IMG/VR virus record: IMGVR_UViG_3300011339_000660
Span: 1-50,748 of that record
DNA: 50,748 bases
Strand: one strand, 5' to 3'
Source: a virus
Taxonomy: Duplodnaviria > Caudoviricetes
Part shown: in pieces, positions 24,475-33,959 of the stretch
How positions within the stretch are numbered: position 1 is the stretch's first letter
How the letters are laid out: each line of letters opens with the position of its first letter
Notes under the pieces: generated by a model
What the model was told of the DNA's origin: nothing
The model's database searches: none
What the model saw: the letters and a program-made list of their open reading frames with translations, nothing else
Made by a program: the position numbers and the translations under genes

Positions 24475-24963
24475 ATGAAGAAAAAGCACGAAGAGTACCT
24501 AAGTAACCCGTATAGGATTAATGGTATAGTAGAGAGGGCGTATACTACTAAGGCAGATGAGACGCTTACGGTAGACCCTGAGACTGGACAGATATATACC
24601 ATGAAGAAGATTAGCCAGAACAAGATGCTGCTCCATGACTCATCTGTGTATACCAAACTGTTTCAAGATGGGGTATCTTCATTGATGAGTTTATCGCATC
24701 CATCTCTTAGGATATTGCTATATGCCATGAGTGTAGTTAAGCCATTAAGCGAATCTGTTATGTTGCATGCTCCTGATGTATGCATGGTTTGCGGAATGGC
24801 AGAAAAGACGTTCTATAATAACCTTATGGAGCTGTTAGACAAGAGGATATTGTCAAGGAAGCTAGGTTCGTCTATAGAATTTTGGTATGACCCTAATATC
24901 TTTTTTAATGGCAATAGAATTAGGGTTACACCCCAAAAGTTATCTAGCCTAAAAACTAGTTAA
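24475..24963 (+). CDS. RepL-like winged-helix protein
   Basis: TVDPETG, YTKLF, TFYNNL.EL....IL, C-terminal FW.DP.IFFNG.R; start moved behind TATATTTG (24464-24471). Confidence 0.7.
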   Translation: MKKKHEEYLSNPYRINGIVERAYTTKADETLTVDPETGQIYTMKKISQNKMLLHDSSVYTKLFQDGVSSLMSLSHPSLRILLYAMSVVKPLSESVMLHAPDVCMVCGMAEKTFYNNLMELLDKRILSRKLGSSIEFWYDPNIFFNGNRIRVTPQKLSSLKTS

Positions 24964-24972
24964 TTTCGTGGA

Positions 24973-25587
24973 ATGAAGTATGAGATACCCGATGAATTCA
25001 AACAGTTTGTTGCTCATGTAAGGAGGAGGTGTACTGTAAACAAGATAGAGCTTGTGATGTCACCATCTAAGAATGTGGTAATAACAGATAGTTTCTCTAC
25101 GGACTGTTCAGGGTATTTTGACGATGTAAATAGGGCTCTTGTGGTAGCCTGTGGTAAGCCGTTTAAGGACTGGATAGAGATTATGGTACATGAGTACTCG
25201 CACATGGAGCAGTGGCTTACTGACGATAGATGGGCTCATTGGACGGATTGTTGCTTAGACCTATGGGATTGGCTAGATGGGGAAAGGGAGCTCAATAATA
25301 TCCAGATGAAGATAATGGTAGACGGAATGATTGAGCTTGAGAGGGATTGCGAAGTTAGGGCTCTTGAGAACATGAGGAAGTGGAAGTTACCTATAAACAA
25401 GACTAGGTACGCGAAGAAGGCTAACCTTTATTTATACAGCTACAGGGCAATACCAATCATAAAGAAGTTCCCAACTGGGCTGTACGACAACAAGGATTTA
25501 ATAGAAATGTGCCCGTCTAGGATATATAAGAGGTACGAGACAGTGCCAAAAGATGTCTTAGACCTGATTATCAAAACTTACGGATAA
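24973..25587 (+). CDS. Zincin-like metallopeptidase
   Basis: CSGYF...MVHEYSH.EQ...LERDCE. Confidence 0.7.
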   Translation: MKYEIPDEFKQFVAHVRRRCTVNKIELVMSPSKNVVITDSFSTDCSGYFDDVNRALVVACGKPFKDWIEIMVHEYSHMEQWLTDDRWAHWTDCCLDLWDWLDGERELNNIQMKIMVDGMIELERDCEVRALENMRKWKLPINKTRYAKKANLYLYSYRAIPIIKKFPTGLYDNKDLIEMCPSRIYKRYETVPKDVLDLIIKTYG

Positions 25588-25618
25588 GTTTCTTATTTTT
25601 GTTATAAATAACGTAAAA

Positions 25619-26200
25619 ATGCCACAACAAGAGCCTAAAAAATCTGCGCCACCTAAAAAAGCAATGCCTGGAGTAGGCGGAGTAATAAGAGGTATAATAT
25701 CAGGAGGAGCATCAGCTCCTAAAGTAACTCCTAAAGCTCCAGCAAAGCCTGAAGCTCTGCCTGAGAAAAAGACTCCTCCGGCTAAAGTAGTTACCAAAGT
25801 AGTCACTAAAACAGCTCCTAAAAAAGTTGTAGCAAAAGAAGAGCCTAAGAAGGCAGAAGAACCAATGGTAGAAGATGAAGATTGGGGTGGTAAAGAATAC
25901 GTTGAAAGAGCATACAAGCCAGTTACTAACGACAGTACATCAAAGGGTGATGATGACGTATATTTTAGGTCAGGTCTTTACAAAAGAAAAGGTGGAGATG
26001 TGTTCCCTACTGATAAGTATAACGAACTAAAAAATAATGGTAAGTTAAAAGCTTATATAAAAGAGTTTAATAGAAGGGATAGTATTGCTGACAAGGTGAA
26101 TACAGAAAGGTCTAAAAAAGTCACCTATAATTTAGCTGACAAAAGGAATGCTGAGATAATTAAGAAGGACGTTGTTAATTCATTAAAAAATTTCAAATAA
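25619..26200 (+). CDS. Lys/Pro/Ala-rich protein
   Basis: Low-complexity basic N-terminal half. Confidence 0.7.
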   Translation: MPQQEPKKSAPPKKAMPGVGGVIRGIISGGASAPKVTPKAPAKPEALPEKKTPPAKVVTKVVTKTAPKKVVAKEEPKKAEEPMVEDEDWGGKEYVERAYKPVTNDSTSKGDDDVYFRSGLYKRKGGDVFPTDKYNELKNNGKLKAYIKEFNRRDSIADKVNTERSKKVTYNLADKRNAEIIKKDVVNSLKNFK

Positions 26201-26201
26201 T

Positions 26202-26342
26202 ATGAAAAAGCCAATCAAAGAGTACGGAGGTAAAGAAGTATACCCTTCAAAGGGAGCCAAAGCCAAGCACGAGAAGAAAGAGACAAAGAAGTCAGAAGCA
26301 AAGGAGAAGTTCTTGGCTATGATTAAGAAAAAGAAAAAGTAG
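26202..26342 (+). CDS. 46-aa basic protein
   Basis: MKKPIKEYGGKEVYPSKGAKAKHEKKE...KKKKK; below track cutoff. Confidence 0.6.
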   Translation: MKKPIKEYGGKEVYPSKGAKAKHEKKETKKSEAKEKFLAMIKKKKK

Positions 26343-26458
26343 TGGAAGGTAATGTATCCATATCTCCTATTAACAGACAGTTCATTGCATCGCAAGGGAT
26401 TATTAAGGGATTAGGAAGTAAATTGTCAAATCGCAAAAAATCAAATAAACAAACGGAA

Positions 26459-26695
26459 ATGAAACAACAACCGAAGCCTAAGATGGTTAAAGGAGAGATG
26501 GGTGGAACTTACACTCAAGCTAAGATGAATAAGATGAAGACCGAGTTTGGAAAGTCTCTTCAAGGACAGAAGGATTACACAGCTAAGTTTCAGAAGATGA
26601 CTCCTGCACAGAAAGCTGTAGAGAAGAAGAAGTTTGATGCATCATATAATAAGCTGAAGAAAGAATCTGCAGCACTAAAAGCTAAAAAGAAGTAA
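26459..26695 (+). CDS. Basic protein
   Basis: Start moved to MKQQPKPK after an A-rich leader. Confidence 0.65.
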   Translation: MKQQPKPKMVKGEMGGTYTQAKMNKMKTEFGKSLQGQKDYTAKFQKMTPAQKAVEKKKFDASYNKLKKESAALKAKKK

Positions 26696-26696
26696 C

Positions 26697-27086
26697 ATGC
26701 CACAACCAAAAAAAGTTGCAGTAAAAGCTGCTAAAGCTGTCGCTAAAAAGACTACGCAAAAAGCAGATAACACTAGGGTGTCTAAGGTAATTAAACAACC
26801 TGGAGTTGGACCTAATTACTCTGAATTCAATAAGTACGGTAGTGGGCTTATGCATATTACTAAAAAGCCAAATGCCCAAGACACCGCAGATTATAAAGCA
26901 GGATATAAGGTTGGTGCTTCAAACGCAAGAAGTGGTAAACTAGCATCTCCAGACAAAAAGGGAAATCCAAAGCTAGCCTGGTATCCTTTTAGATCACAGG
27001 GTTCAATTCCTATTATGGGTCGTACTGAAACAAGTAGATATGCAGAGGGTAGGCTTGAGGGAGAAAAAAGAGGTAAAAAGAAATAG
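26697..27086 (+). CDS. Basic protein
   Basis: 129 aa, Lys-rich ends. Confidence 0.7.
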   Translation: MPQPKKVAVKAAKAVAKKTTQKADNTRVSKVIKQPGVGPNYSEFNKYGSGLMHITKKPNAQDTADYKAGYKVGASNARSGKLASPDKKGNPKLAWYPFRSQGSIPIMGRTETSRYAEGRLEGEKRGKKK

Positions 27087-27088
27087 CT

Positions 27089-27211
27089 ATGGCAAAGGCC
27101 AAAGGAACATCTGATAAAATAAAAGTAAACTTCGGAAAGCGCAAGAAAGGCGCTTCTCAGAAGTCTTTTAATAAACACGATAGAAAGGATAGAAAATACC
27201 GTAGGCCATGA
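27089..27211 (+). CDS. 40-aa basic protein
   Basis: MAKAKGTSDKIKVNFGKRKKG...KYRRP; ATGA overlap with next gene. Confidence 0.55.
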   Translation: MAKAKGTSDKIKVNFGKRKKGASQKSFNKHDRKDRKYRRP

Positions 27212-27594
27212 GTAGTGCCGTAAAAACAAAACCAACATTATGGAAAAGAATAGTTGCAAATGTAAAAGCGGGCTCGAAGGGTGGAGATGCGCAGGAGTGG
27301 TCTGCGCGGAAAGCCCAGTTGGCGGTAGCCTTATACAAAAAATCTGGTGGTGGATATCAAGGAAAGAAGTCAAGCTCAAATTCGTTGTCGAAATGGACGA
27401 AAGAGAAATGGACAACCTCTTCTGGGAAGCCCTCGGATGGGACGCGTCGGTATTTACCGGAGAAAGCGTGGTCAGCACTGAGCCCAAGTCAAAGAGCCGC
27501 AACAAACCGAGCAAAAAAGCAGGGGAATCAGCAGGGAAAGCAGTTCGTAAGCCAACCAAAAAAGATAGCCCAAGCCGTAAAAAGATTTAGGTAA
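27208..27594 (+). CDS. DUF5872-like basic phage protein
   Basis: WSARKAQL...YKKSGGGY..L.KWTKEKW...RYLP..AW..LS. Confidence 0.7.
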   Translation: MSSAVKTKPTLWKRIVANVKAGSKGGDAQEWSARKAQLAVALYKKSGGGYQGKKSSSNSLSKWTKEKWTTSSGKPSDGTRRYLPEKAWSALSPSQRAATNRAKKQGNQQGKQFVSQPKKIAQAVKRFR

Positions 27595-27596
27595 TA

Positions 27597-27707
27597 CTAT
27601 TTAGAAGCAAACACCCCTGTGATAAACAGAATGTCTACTTCGTATGGTACTACAATCATAGCAGCTAACCAAGCTATACATGCGATATAAAGTCTATAAT
27701 TTTTCAT
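27597..27707 (-). CDS. 36-aa hydrophobic peptide, antisense to the late block
   Basis: MKNYRLYIACIAWLAAMIVVPYEVDILFITGVFASK with its own TAACTTTG box at 27723-27730. Confidence 0.55.
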   Translation of the reverse strand: MKNYRLYIACIAWLAAMIVVPYEVDILFITGVFASK

Positions 27708-27763
27708 GTGTTATATTTGATTCAAAGTTATAGGGTTATTGCGAAACAGCAAAATATATTTTT

Positions 27764-28069
27764 ATGATAGAGCATAGGGGTGAGAAATTCTCAGGATACA
27801 ATAAGCCAAAGGATGCATCGGATGGTGTTCACAAGAAGGTTGTACTTGCTAAAGAGGGCGATAAAGTAAAGATTGTTAGGTTTGGAGCAAAGGGTTATTC
27901 CTCAAACTATTCCCCGGAAGCAAGGGAGCAGTATAGGAAAAGACACGCCAAGGAAGCGAATTCTTCAAAATTATCTGCTGGTTGGTGGGCTTATCACTAT
28001 CTTTGGAGTAAGAGTTCGCAAGTGTACAGAAGCGGTAAGTCTTCTGGCAAGGGCGAAAGATTCAAATAA
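27764..28069 (+). CDS. Small basic phage protein (K.VRFG..GY...Y..RH...SAGWW type)
   Basis: Motif pattern I recall from phage and giant-virus basic proteins. Confidence 0.7.
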   Translation: MIEHRGEKFSGYNKPKDASDGVHKKVVLAKEGDKVKIVRFGAKGYSSNYSPEAREQYRKRHAKEANSSKLSAGWWAYHYLWSKSSQVYRSGKSSGKGERFK

Positions 28070-28081
28070 ACCAAACCATAT

Positions 28082-28681
28082 ATGGAGCATCTTTACAACA
28101 CTATCAAACCTGTTGGCAAGAGAGTAATTATTGCCGTGCGTTCCGGGGAAAAAGATTCACATAAAGTCATTAGAGATGACGGAACAGAAGTTGAGTTATT
28201 TATAAATACCAACTATTCCTGGGATGGCAAGATAGCCAATCATACACAGGGTAAACTTCTAACAGATTACAAAAACCTTAAAGCCGGAACAGATGTATTG
28301 TTCAACCATAACTCAATCACCGATGACAATAAAATGGATATCGAGCCAGATAACATTACCTCGGTACACGCCATTGACTCAAATATGTTACACTTTGGTG
28401 TAGAAGGAGACAGAGTTATTTGCATAGACGGATTCCTGCTAGCAGAAAGAATCTACGAAGAAGAGAAGTCTTATGGAAGTATTATACTTGCCGATAAGGC
28501 AAAGAAGGAATGCATGCTTAAGATACTTGACAAGCCAGAAAGCATAACAGACTTTGAAGTAGGAGATATAGCTATTGTATACAAGTTCTCTGATTATGAG
28601 ATGACTCACAATGTTGGAGGAAAAAGGAAGAGTTTAATCAGATTAAAATATACAGACTGTATTGGCAAATGGGAAAACTAG
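28082..28681 (+). CDS. GroES-like co-chaperonin (tandem domain)
   Basis: IKPVGKRVII, LKAGTDVLF.H, second repeat IILAD...FEVGD; located upstream of terminase. Confidence 0.6.
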   Translation: MEHLYNTIKPVGKRVIIAVRSGEKDSHKVIRDDGTEVELFINTNYSWDGKIANHTQGKLLTDYKNLKAGTDVLFNHNSITDDNKMDIEPDNITSVHAIDSNMLHFGVEGDRVICIDGFLLAERIYEEEKSYGSIILADKAKKECMLKILDKPESITDFEVGDIAIVYKFSDYEMTHNVGGKRKSLIRLKYTDCIGKWEN

Positions 28682-28965
28682 AAGACAAGTTAGCTCTATA
28701 CGAATCTGATGGTATAGTTGGTGCGTACTACGCACTCAATAGAAAGCTAAATGAGATAACATCCTTATTGAATAATAATGACCTTTCTTCTCTTGATTTG
28801 TCCGATAAGGACGATGGATCCTGGGAGAGGGTAATGAAGCTATTTAATAGTGTTGGAGATATAAATGAAGTACTCAAAAAACTAAGGGTAGATAACCAAT
28901 TGTCAGGAGACGAAGAAAAAGACAAGTCTCGTAGAAAGCCTATCATAGAAGAACTGTTTAAATGA
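28669..28965 (+). CDS. Hypothetical protein (possible terminase small subunit)
   Basis: Helical 98-aa ORF near TerL; positional inference only. Confidence 0.4.
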   Translation: MGKLEDKLALYESDGIVGAYYALNRKLNEITSLLNNNDLSSLDLSDKDDGSWERVMKLFNSVGDINEVLKKLRVDNQLSGDEEKDKSRRKPIIEELFK

Positions 28966-29576
28966 CGGAAAGAATAAAGCTATCAGACGACAAGGAAGTA
29001 ATATACGATGCCTATCAAAAGGCATTGTCTGCACTACGTGTTGAGAAGTTTAGAAACAGGGCACATATAGAAGACAAGAAAGAGATTCGGAAAGAGAAGA
29101 ATAAGAAGATAAATACAATGTCATACAAACACTTCCGTATGACGCAGGTTCTGTGGGGGGTAAATAAAAGGATAGAAAGACTCAAAGGGAGATACGAAGT
29201 ACATCAGGCTAAGGGCAGAAGAGACGGATATAAAAAAGCTATAGCTAGAATGGATAAGCCTGTATTCAAAGCAGAAAACGCATCTAGGTTTATAGGCATG
29301 CTTAGTGTTATGACAGATGCTATTGGATTGAGCCTACACGAATGTAGCTTCCTTATGTGGGCTAATAGATATGACTACTTCACAAAGGCTGACTTTTCAA
29401 GAGATATGCAGGATACTAATGTTCCATACTACGGATGCCTGACTAAGTTAAAGTCAAAGGGTATGATTATGAAGATAGAAGAGGCTAAAGAGTTTGGAAG
29501 ATTTAAGTTTTGCTTAAATGCAATAGGCAAGTCAACAGCAACTAAGATAGATAAGTTTGTAAAGAAGATAAACTGA
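28962..29576 (+). CDS. Basic protein with putative C-terminal winged HTH
   Basis: GLSLHECSFL...L.KLKSKG.I...F.L...GK (MarR-like pattern). Confidence 0.5.
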   Translation: MTERIKLSDDKEVIYDAYQKALSALRVEKFRNRAHIEDKKEIRKEKNKKINTMSYKHFRMTQVLWGVNKRIERLKGRYEVHQAKGRRDGYKKAIARMDKPVFKAENASRFIGMLSVMTDAIGLSLHECSFLMWANRYDYFTKADFSRDMQDTNVPYYGCLTKLKSKGMIMKIEEAKEFGRFKFCLNAIGKSTATKIDKFVKKIN

Positions 29577-31591
29577 TGCAGGAATACAACATATACGGAA
29601 TAACATATAAGTGTCCAGAAGCTCCAAGTGATGTTGATGGTTCTCATTTTGCGAACCGCGAACAATACTTTAGACGCACAGAGATACCTGAGTCATTTGA
29701 AGAACTTGAGTTTGATGATGACGGGAACGCTGTATACGATGATTCACATATTGAATTTATAACTAAAGAAGTAGACAAGATTAAGAATGGCTATTGGTTC
29801 ATGAATGATGGTGAACCAACATATATAAACGGGTTGCACTACTTCTACTTAAACTATTGGACGCTAGAGAATGGAGATATGCCAGACTACAGGGATGTCG
29901 ATAGGAGATACTTTTACTTCCAGCAGTACTGTGAGGAAGCTATGCAGTGCTATGGTATAATCAGAATCAAGAAGCGTAGGGAGGGGGCAACATCTCAGGC
30001 TACCTGCTATCTCGTATGGAAAGCTATAACACAGAAGAAGTCATTCTGTGGAGTAATATCTAAGACTGGTAAAGATGCCTCAGATGCATTCATATATATG
30101 GTAATGAATGGATATAGGAATCTTCCTGTATTCCTAAAGCCGAGGGTTGAGGATGAGGATACAAAAACTGAGTTAGTATTTAGAAAGAAGAAGGACAAAC
30201 GGAAGGCTAAGGTCAGAGACAAGGGTCAGATATACGATAGCGATATTGGTCTTGAGTCTAAGATAAACTTCAAGAATACTGCACTGAACTCATACGACTC
30301 TGGAAGGGTTAGTGCTCTGCTAATGGACGAGGCAGGTAAATGGCCAAAGGAGGTACCAGTTAATCAGTACTGGCCGATTGTTAAGAAGACCCTAACTAGG
30401 GGTGCGATTAAAGTAGGATTCTGTCTGATACCATCTACAGCAAATGATGCAAAGAGTGGTGGTGAACCATACAAGATGCTATTTGAACAATCTGACCAAT
30501 TCAAGGATACATATACAGCCACTGGACTATACAGGTATTTTTGCCCTGCTTATGACGGATACGAGGGTTTTATAGATAGGCACGGTAAGTCTATAATTGA
30601 AGCCCCTACAGAAGAGCAGGCTAAATACATAAAGGATAGGTACGGACTAAAGATTGACATAGGGTCAAAAGAGTATCTGTTGAAACAACGGCAGTTATTA
30701 TCAGGGGATAAAAAGGCGCTATCTGAGGAGATCCGGATGAATCCATTTGATGAGAATGAGGCCTTTATGATTGACCAAAAGAAATGCTATTTCAATGCGG
30801 AAAAGATATACAATCAGATAGACTTCCTAAAAGAGGAGAGAGTTCCTTTGAGAAAAGTCAGGCTGATATGGAAAGATGATAAGACTGTAGATTGGGTTGA
30901 TGATAAAGATGGACCATGGAGAGTTTATAAGTTCCCTCCAAACGGAGAGTCTAATAAAGTACTTGAGTCTGACGGAGTAAGAATACCTGCCAATACGCAT
31001 AAATACGTATCCGGTATTGACCCGTTTAAATCATCTGTTATATCAGGCAAGGGTTCTATGGGAGCCTGTATAGTATTTGAGAGGCTTGATATGAACGACC
31101 CAAATAATACCTGTATGCCAATAGTGGAGTACATGGACCGCCCTAGACTAAAATCTATGTTCCATGACGAGATGCTAAAGGCTGCTATATTTTGGGGATA
31201 CAAGGCATGTTATGAGAATGACGTAGGTGATGACTTCGTTGACTACTTCAGCAACAAGGGGTTCAAGGGCTATCTGATGAAAACACCAGAATCTGCAATA
31301 GACAAGAATAGGAGAAGGACGGTATCTAAGTTTGGTGTTACTTCGGGAGATTCATTTGCATTAGCAAGGCAGCTAGATACATGCATAACCTATATTGAGA
31401 ACCATTGCGAGAAGATTGTATTCCCAGAACTGCTTGAAGAGTTGCTCCAGTACGACCACGAAAACAGAACTGTGTACGATAGAAGTGTTGCTTTTATGAT
31501 AAGTTTGCTATCTGGCGTATCTTTGGAAAGCAAGCGAATAGAGAAGGCTGCAACCTCTATACCATTGAGGACGTATAAACTAACAACATAA
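29576..31591 (+). CDS. terL: Terminase large subunit
   Basis: KKRREGAT Walker A, LLMDEAGKW Walker B, STAN coupling motif, GIDP RNase H-like nuclease. Confidence 0.93.
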   Translation: MQEYNIYGITYKCPEAPSDVDGSHFANREQYFRRTEIPESFEELEFDDDGNAVYDDSHIEFITKEVDKIKNGYWFMNDGEPTYINGLHYFYLNYWTLENGDMPDYRDVDRRYFYFQQYCEEAMQCYGIIRIKKRREGATSQATCYLVWKAITQKKSFCGVISKTGKDASDAFIYMVMNGYRNLPVFLKPRVEDEDTKTELVFRKKKDKRKAKVRDKGQIYDSDIGLESKINFKNTALNSYDSGRVSALLMDEAGKWPKEVPVNQYWPIVKKTLTRGAIKVGFCLIPSTANDAKSGGEPYKMLFEQSDQFKDTYTATGLYRYFCPAYDGYEGFIDRHGKSIIEAPTEEQAKYIKDRYGLKIDIGSKEYLLKQRQLLSGDKKALSEEIRMNPFDENEAFMIDQKKCYFNAEKIYNQIDFLKEERVPLRKVRLIWKDDKTVDWVDDKDGPWRVYKFPPNGESNKVLESDGVRIPANTHKYVSGIDPFKSSVISGKGSMGACIVFERLDMNDPNNTCMPIVEYMDRPRLKSMFHDEMLKAAIFWGYKACYENDVGDDFVDYFSNKGFKGYLMKTPESAIDKNRRRTVSKFGVTSGDSFALARQLDTCITYIENHCEKIVFPELLEELLQYDHENRTVYDRSVAFMISLLSGVSLESKRIEKAATSIPLRTYKLTT

Positions 31592-31595
31592 TTTG

Positions 31596-31603
31596 TACTT
31601 TTG
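31596..31603 (+). promoter_or_regulatory. -7 promoter box TACTTTTG
   Basis: TAnnTTTG 10 nt before the portal ATG; similar boxes at 33936, 36483, 37487, 45556. Confidence 0.6.
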
Positions 31604-31612
31604 CTTTAGATT

Positions 31613-33931
31613 ATGGCAAATACTAACAAGGAAATATTGAATTTCCACCTCGGAACAATTAAGTCCAAGAGAGATGAGAAGGAGGGATTGAAAATCTCCA
31701 AGTATCTTGAACGGGCTTTTAATAGCGGATATTTTAGCAAGCGTAACAAGAAGTTCGACAAGAACAGGAAGTTTGCTAGAGGTAGACAGCCAATGGCTGA
31801 ATTCCTTGACCTGCTAAATGTAGACGGTAAAGAGGCGTTTGTTAACCTTGATATGAAAGCTCCTGCCATTGCACCAAAGTTCATACAGGTTATGATTGGT
31901 GGCTTTATGAAGCGCGAGGAGAAGGTTAGGGTATCTGCCATAGATCCTATCTCAACAAATAAAAAGAAGTACGAAAGAGAAGAGGCGGAGTTTAGGATGA
32001 ACTTTGGAGACGAGGTTAGGCAAGTAGAGGAAGCAGCTGGATTGAAACTTATTCCAGACAACGCATATACTCCAGAGGATTATGAAGAATTAGATTTGTT
32101 CTTTGGTGGACAGTATCAGCTTCCTGAAGAAATCATGTTCGAGAAGGGAATTACAGCTGTACTTGATACTAGCGGATGGGATGTAATTAAGCGTAAGTTG
32201 CTTGAGGATATGATTGAAGTTGGTTTGGCTTGTACAAAAGTAACCTCTTCGAGGGATGGAAAGATTACGATTAGAAGAGTAATACCCGAAAACCTTATTT
32301 ACTCATATTCTGACTATGACGACTTTAGGGACATGTCATTTATCGGTGAGGTTATCGCAATGAAAATCTCGGACCTGAGAGAGATGTATCCAAACCTAGA
32401 CGAGGAGAAGTTCTTTAAGGTTTCTCAGAAATCAAAGAACTATACATCATCTGTTAAGTGGGAGGAGAAGTTTAGATATAACGTAGATAGGCCATATGAC
32501 GACTGGACGGTAGATGTTCTTGATTTTGAAATTAGGACTGTCGACTCTATGATATACCAAGCAAGGATAAACAAGTTTGGAAACCTAATCGTAGAGAAGA
32601 AGGATAAAGAACCACAAAAGATTGGCGACAATAAAGAAATCATACGTAAGACCATGAAGGTAAATTACCGTGGTGTATACGTCATGAATTCAGACATCAT
32701 GCTTGAGTGGGGTATTGCAAAGAATATGATTAAGCCTTCAATTGCAAAAGAGCTATCTGATGTATTCTTCAGCTACAGCCTTTATATGCATGAGAATCTT
32801 GACCTAGAGAATATGGCTATCCCTGAAAGGATGGAGACTTCTATTAGGCAGATGACTCTTGCTCATTTGAAGATACAGCAGCTTGTAGCAAAACTTCGCC
32901 CTTCTGGACTTATCATTGATATTGATGCATTGTCAGATATAAGTCTTGGTCAAGGTAAGAATGTAACTCCAATGGAGATACAGCAGATTTACGACCAAAC
33001 TGGTAATATATACTACAGGAGAAAGAGTGAAGACGGAGACCAGATGAATGGAGTACCTATTTCTGAAGCTCCAAATAGCGGAAGCATTGGGCAGATCCAG
33101 GAATTGATTACTGTTTATAATCACTACTTAACTAGACTTAGGGATGAGATTGGTGTTAATGAGTATAGGGAAGGAGCATCTGTTAATCCTAAATTAGGTC
33201 TTGGTATTCAGAGGTCGCAAGTTGAGGCCTCAAACAACGCCACAGATTTTATATATGACGGATACCTTAATCTGTACAAGCAGACATCATTCAAGTCAGC
33301 CTTGCTGCTTTATGATTCAGTTTTGTACGGTGGTCAGCAGTACAGGGATTATATTTCTGATGCTGAAGTAAAGGATAAGCAGTTTGACGTAATTGTTGAA
33401 GTTCTGCCTGATGAGGCTGAAAAGCAGTTCTTGAATAGCATGATTCAGACAGCTATATCTGCAAATGCTATTGAGTTTGAAGATGCCTTTAAAGTTAAGA
33501 ACATCAAGAACTACAAGCTTGCAGAGATGTACCTGTCTAAGGCTAAGAGGAAGAAGATGAGGGATGATATGCAGAAGGCGCAACAGAACTCTGAAATGAA
33601 TGCTCAATCTCAGCAACAGTCAATTATGGCAAAGGCTCAGGCAGACTCTCAGTTGCAGCAGTTGCAAGCTCAGACTAAAATAGCTATAACAGATGCAGAA
33701 GCTAAAATGAAGAGTGATATCTCTAGGCAAGAATTTATCCAATTAGCTTTGATGAAATCATTTGAGTTGGATAGGGAATTACCTGATGAGATACAAAGCA
33801 TCGTTGACCAATACTTCCAAGAAAAGGAACAAGAAAAGGCTCAACAGATGATGGCTCAACAACAAGCTCAAGAGCAGCAAATGATGCAGCAAATGCAGCA
33901 GGAGCAGGGAGAGCAAGAGGAAATGCAATAA
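31613..33931 (+). CDS. Portal protein
   Basis: 772 aa directly after TerL; helical, with Gln-rich coiled-coil barrel tail. Confidence 0.85.
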   Translation: MANTNKEILNFHLGTIKSKRDEKEGLKISKYLERAFNSGYFSKRNKKFDKNRKFARGRQPMAEFLDLLNVDGKEAFVNLDMKAPAIAPKFIQVMIGGFMKREEKVRVSAIDPISTNKKKYEREEAEFRMNFGDEVRQVEEAAGLKLIPDNAYTPEDYEELDLFFGGQYQLPEEIMFEKGITAVLDTSGWDVIKRKLLEDMIEVGLACTKVTSSRDGKITIRRVIPENLIYSYSDYDDFRDMSFIGEVIAMKISDLREMYPNLDEEKFFKVSQKSKNYTSSVKWEEKFRYNVDRPYDDWTVDVLDFEIRTVDSMIYQARINKFGNLIVEKKDKEPQKIGDNKEIIRKTMKVNYRGVYVMNSDIMLEWGIAKNMIKPSIAKELSDVFFSYSLYMHENLDLENMAIPERMETSIRQMTLAHLKIQQLVAKLRPSGLIIDIDALSDISLGQGKNVTPMEIQQIYDQTGNIYYRRKSEDGDQMNGVPISEAPNSGSIGQIQELITVYNHYLTRLRDEIGVNEYREGASVNPKLGLGIQRSQVEASNNATDFIYDGYLNLYKQTSFKSALLLYDSVLYGGQQYRDYISDAEVKDKQFDVIVEVLPDEAEKQFLNSMIQTAISANAIEFEDAFKVKNIKNYKLAEMYLSKAKRKKMRDDMQKAQQNSEMNAQSQQQSIMAKAQADSQLQQLQAQTKIAITDAEAKMKSDISRQEFIQLALMKSFELDRELPDEIQSIVDQYFQEKEQEKAQQMMAQQQAQEQQMMQQMQQEQGEQEEMQ

Positions 33932-33959
33932 TGCATATATTTGTAAAAATAAACCAACC

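Noticed and set aside
33780-33931. CAG/CAA-rich repeat
   Set aside because: Gln-rich coiled-coil tail of the portal, ordinary for this protein type
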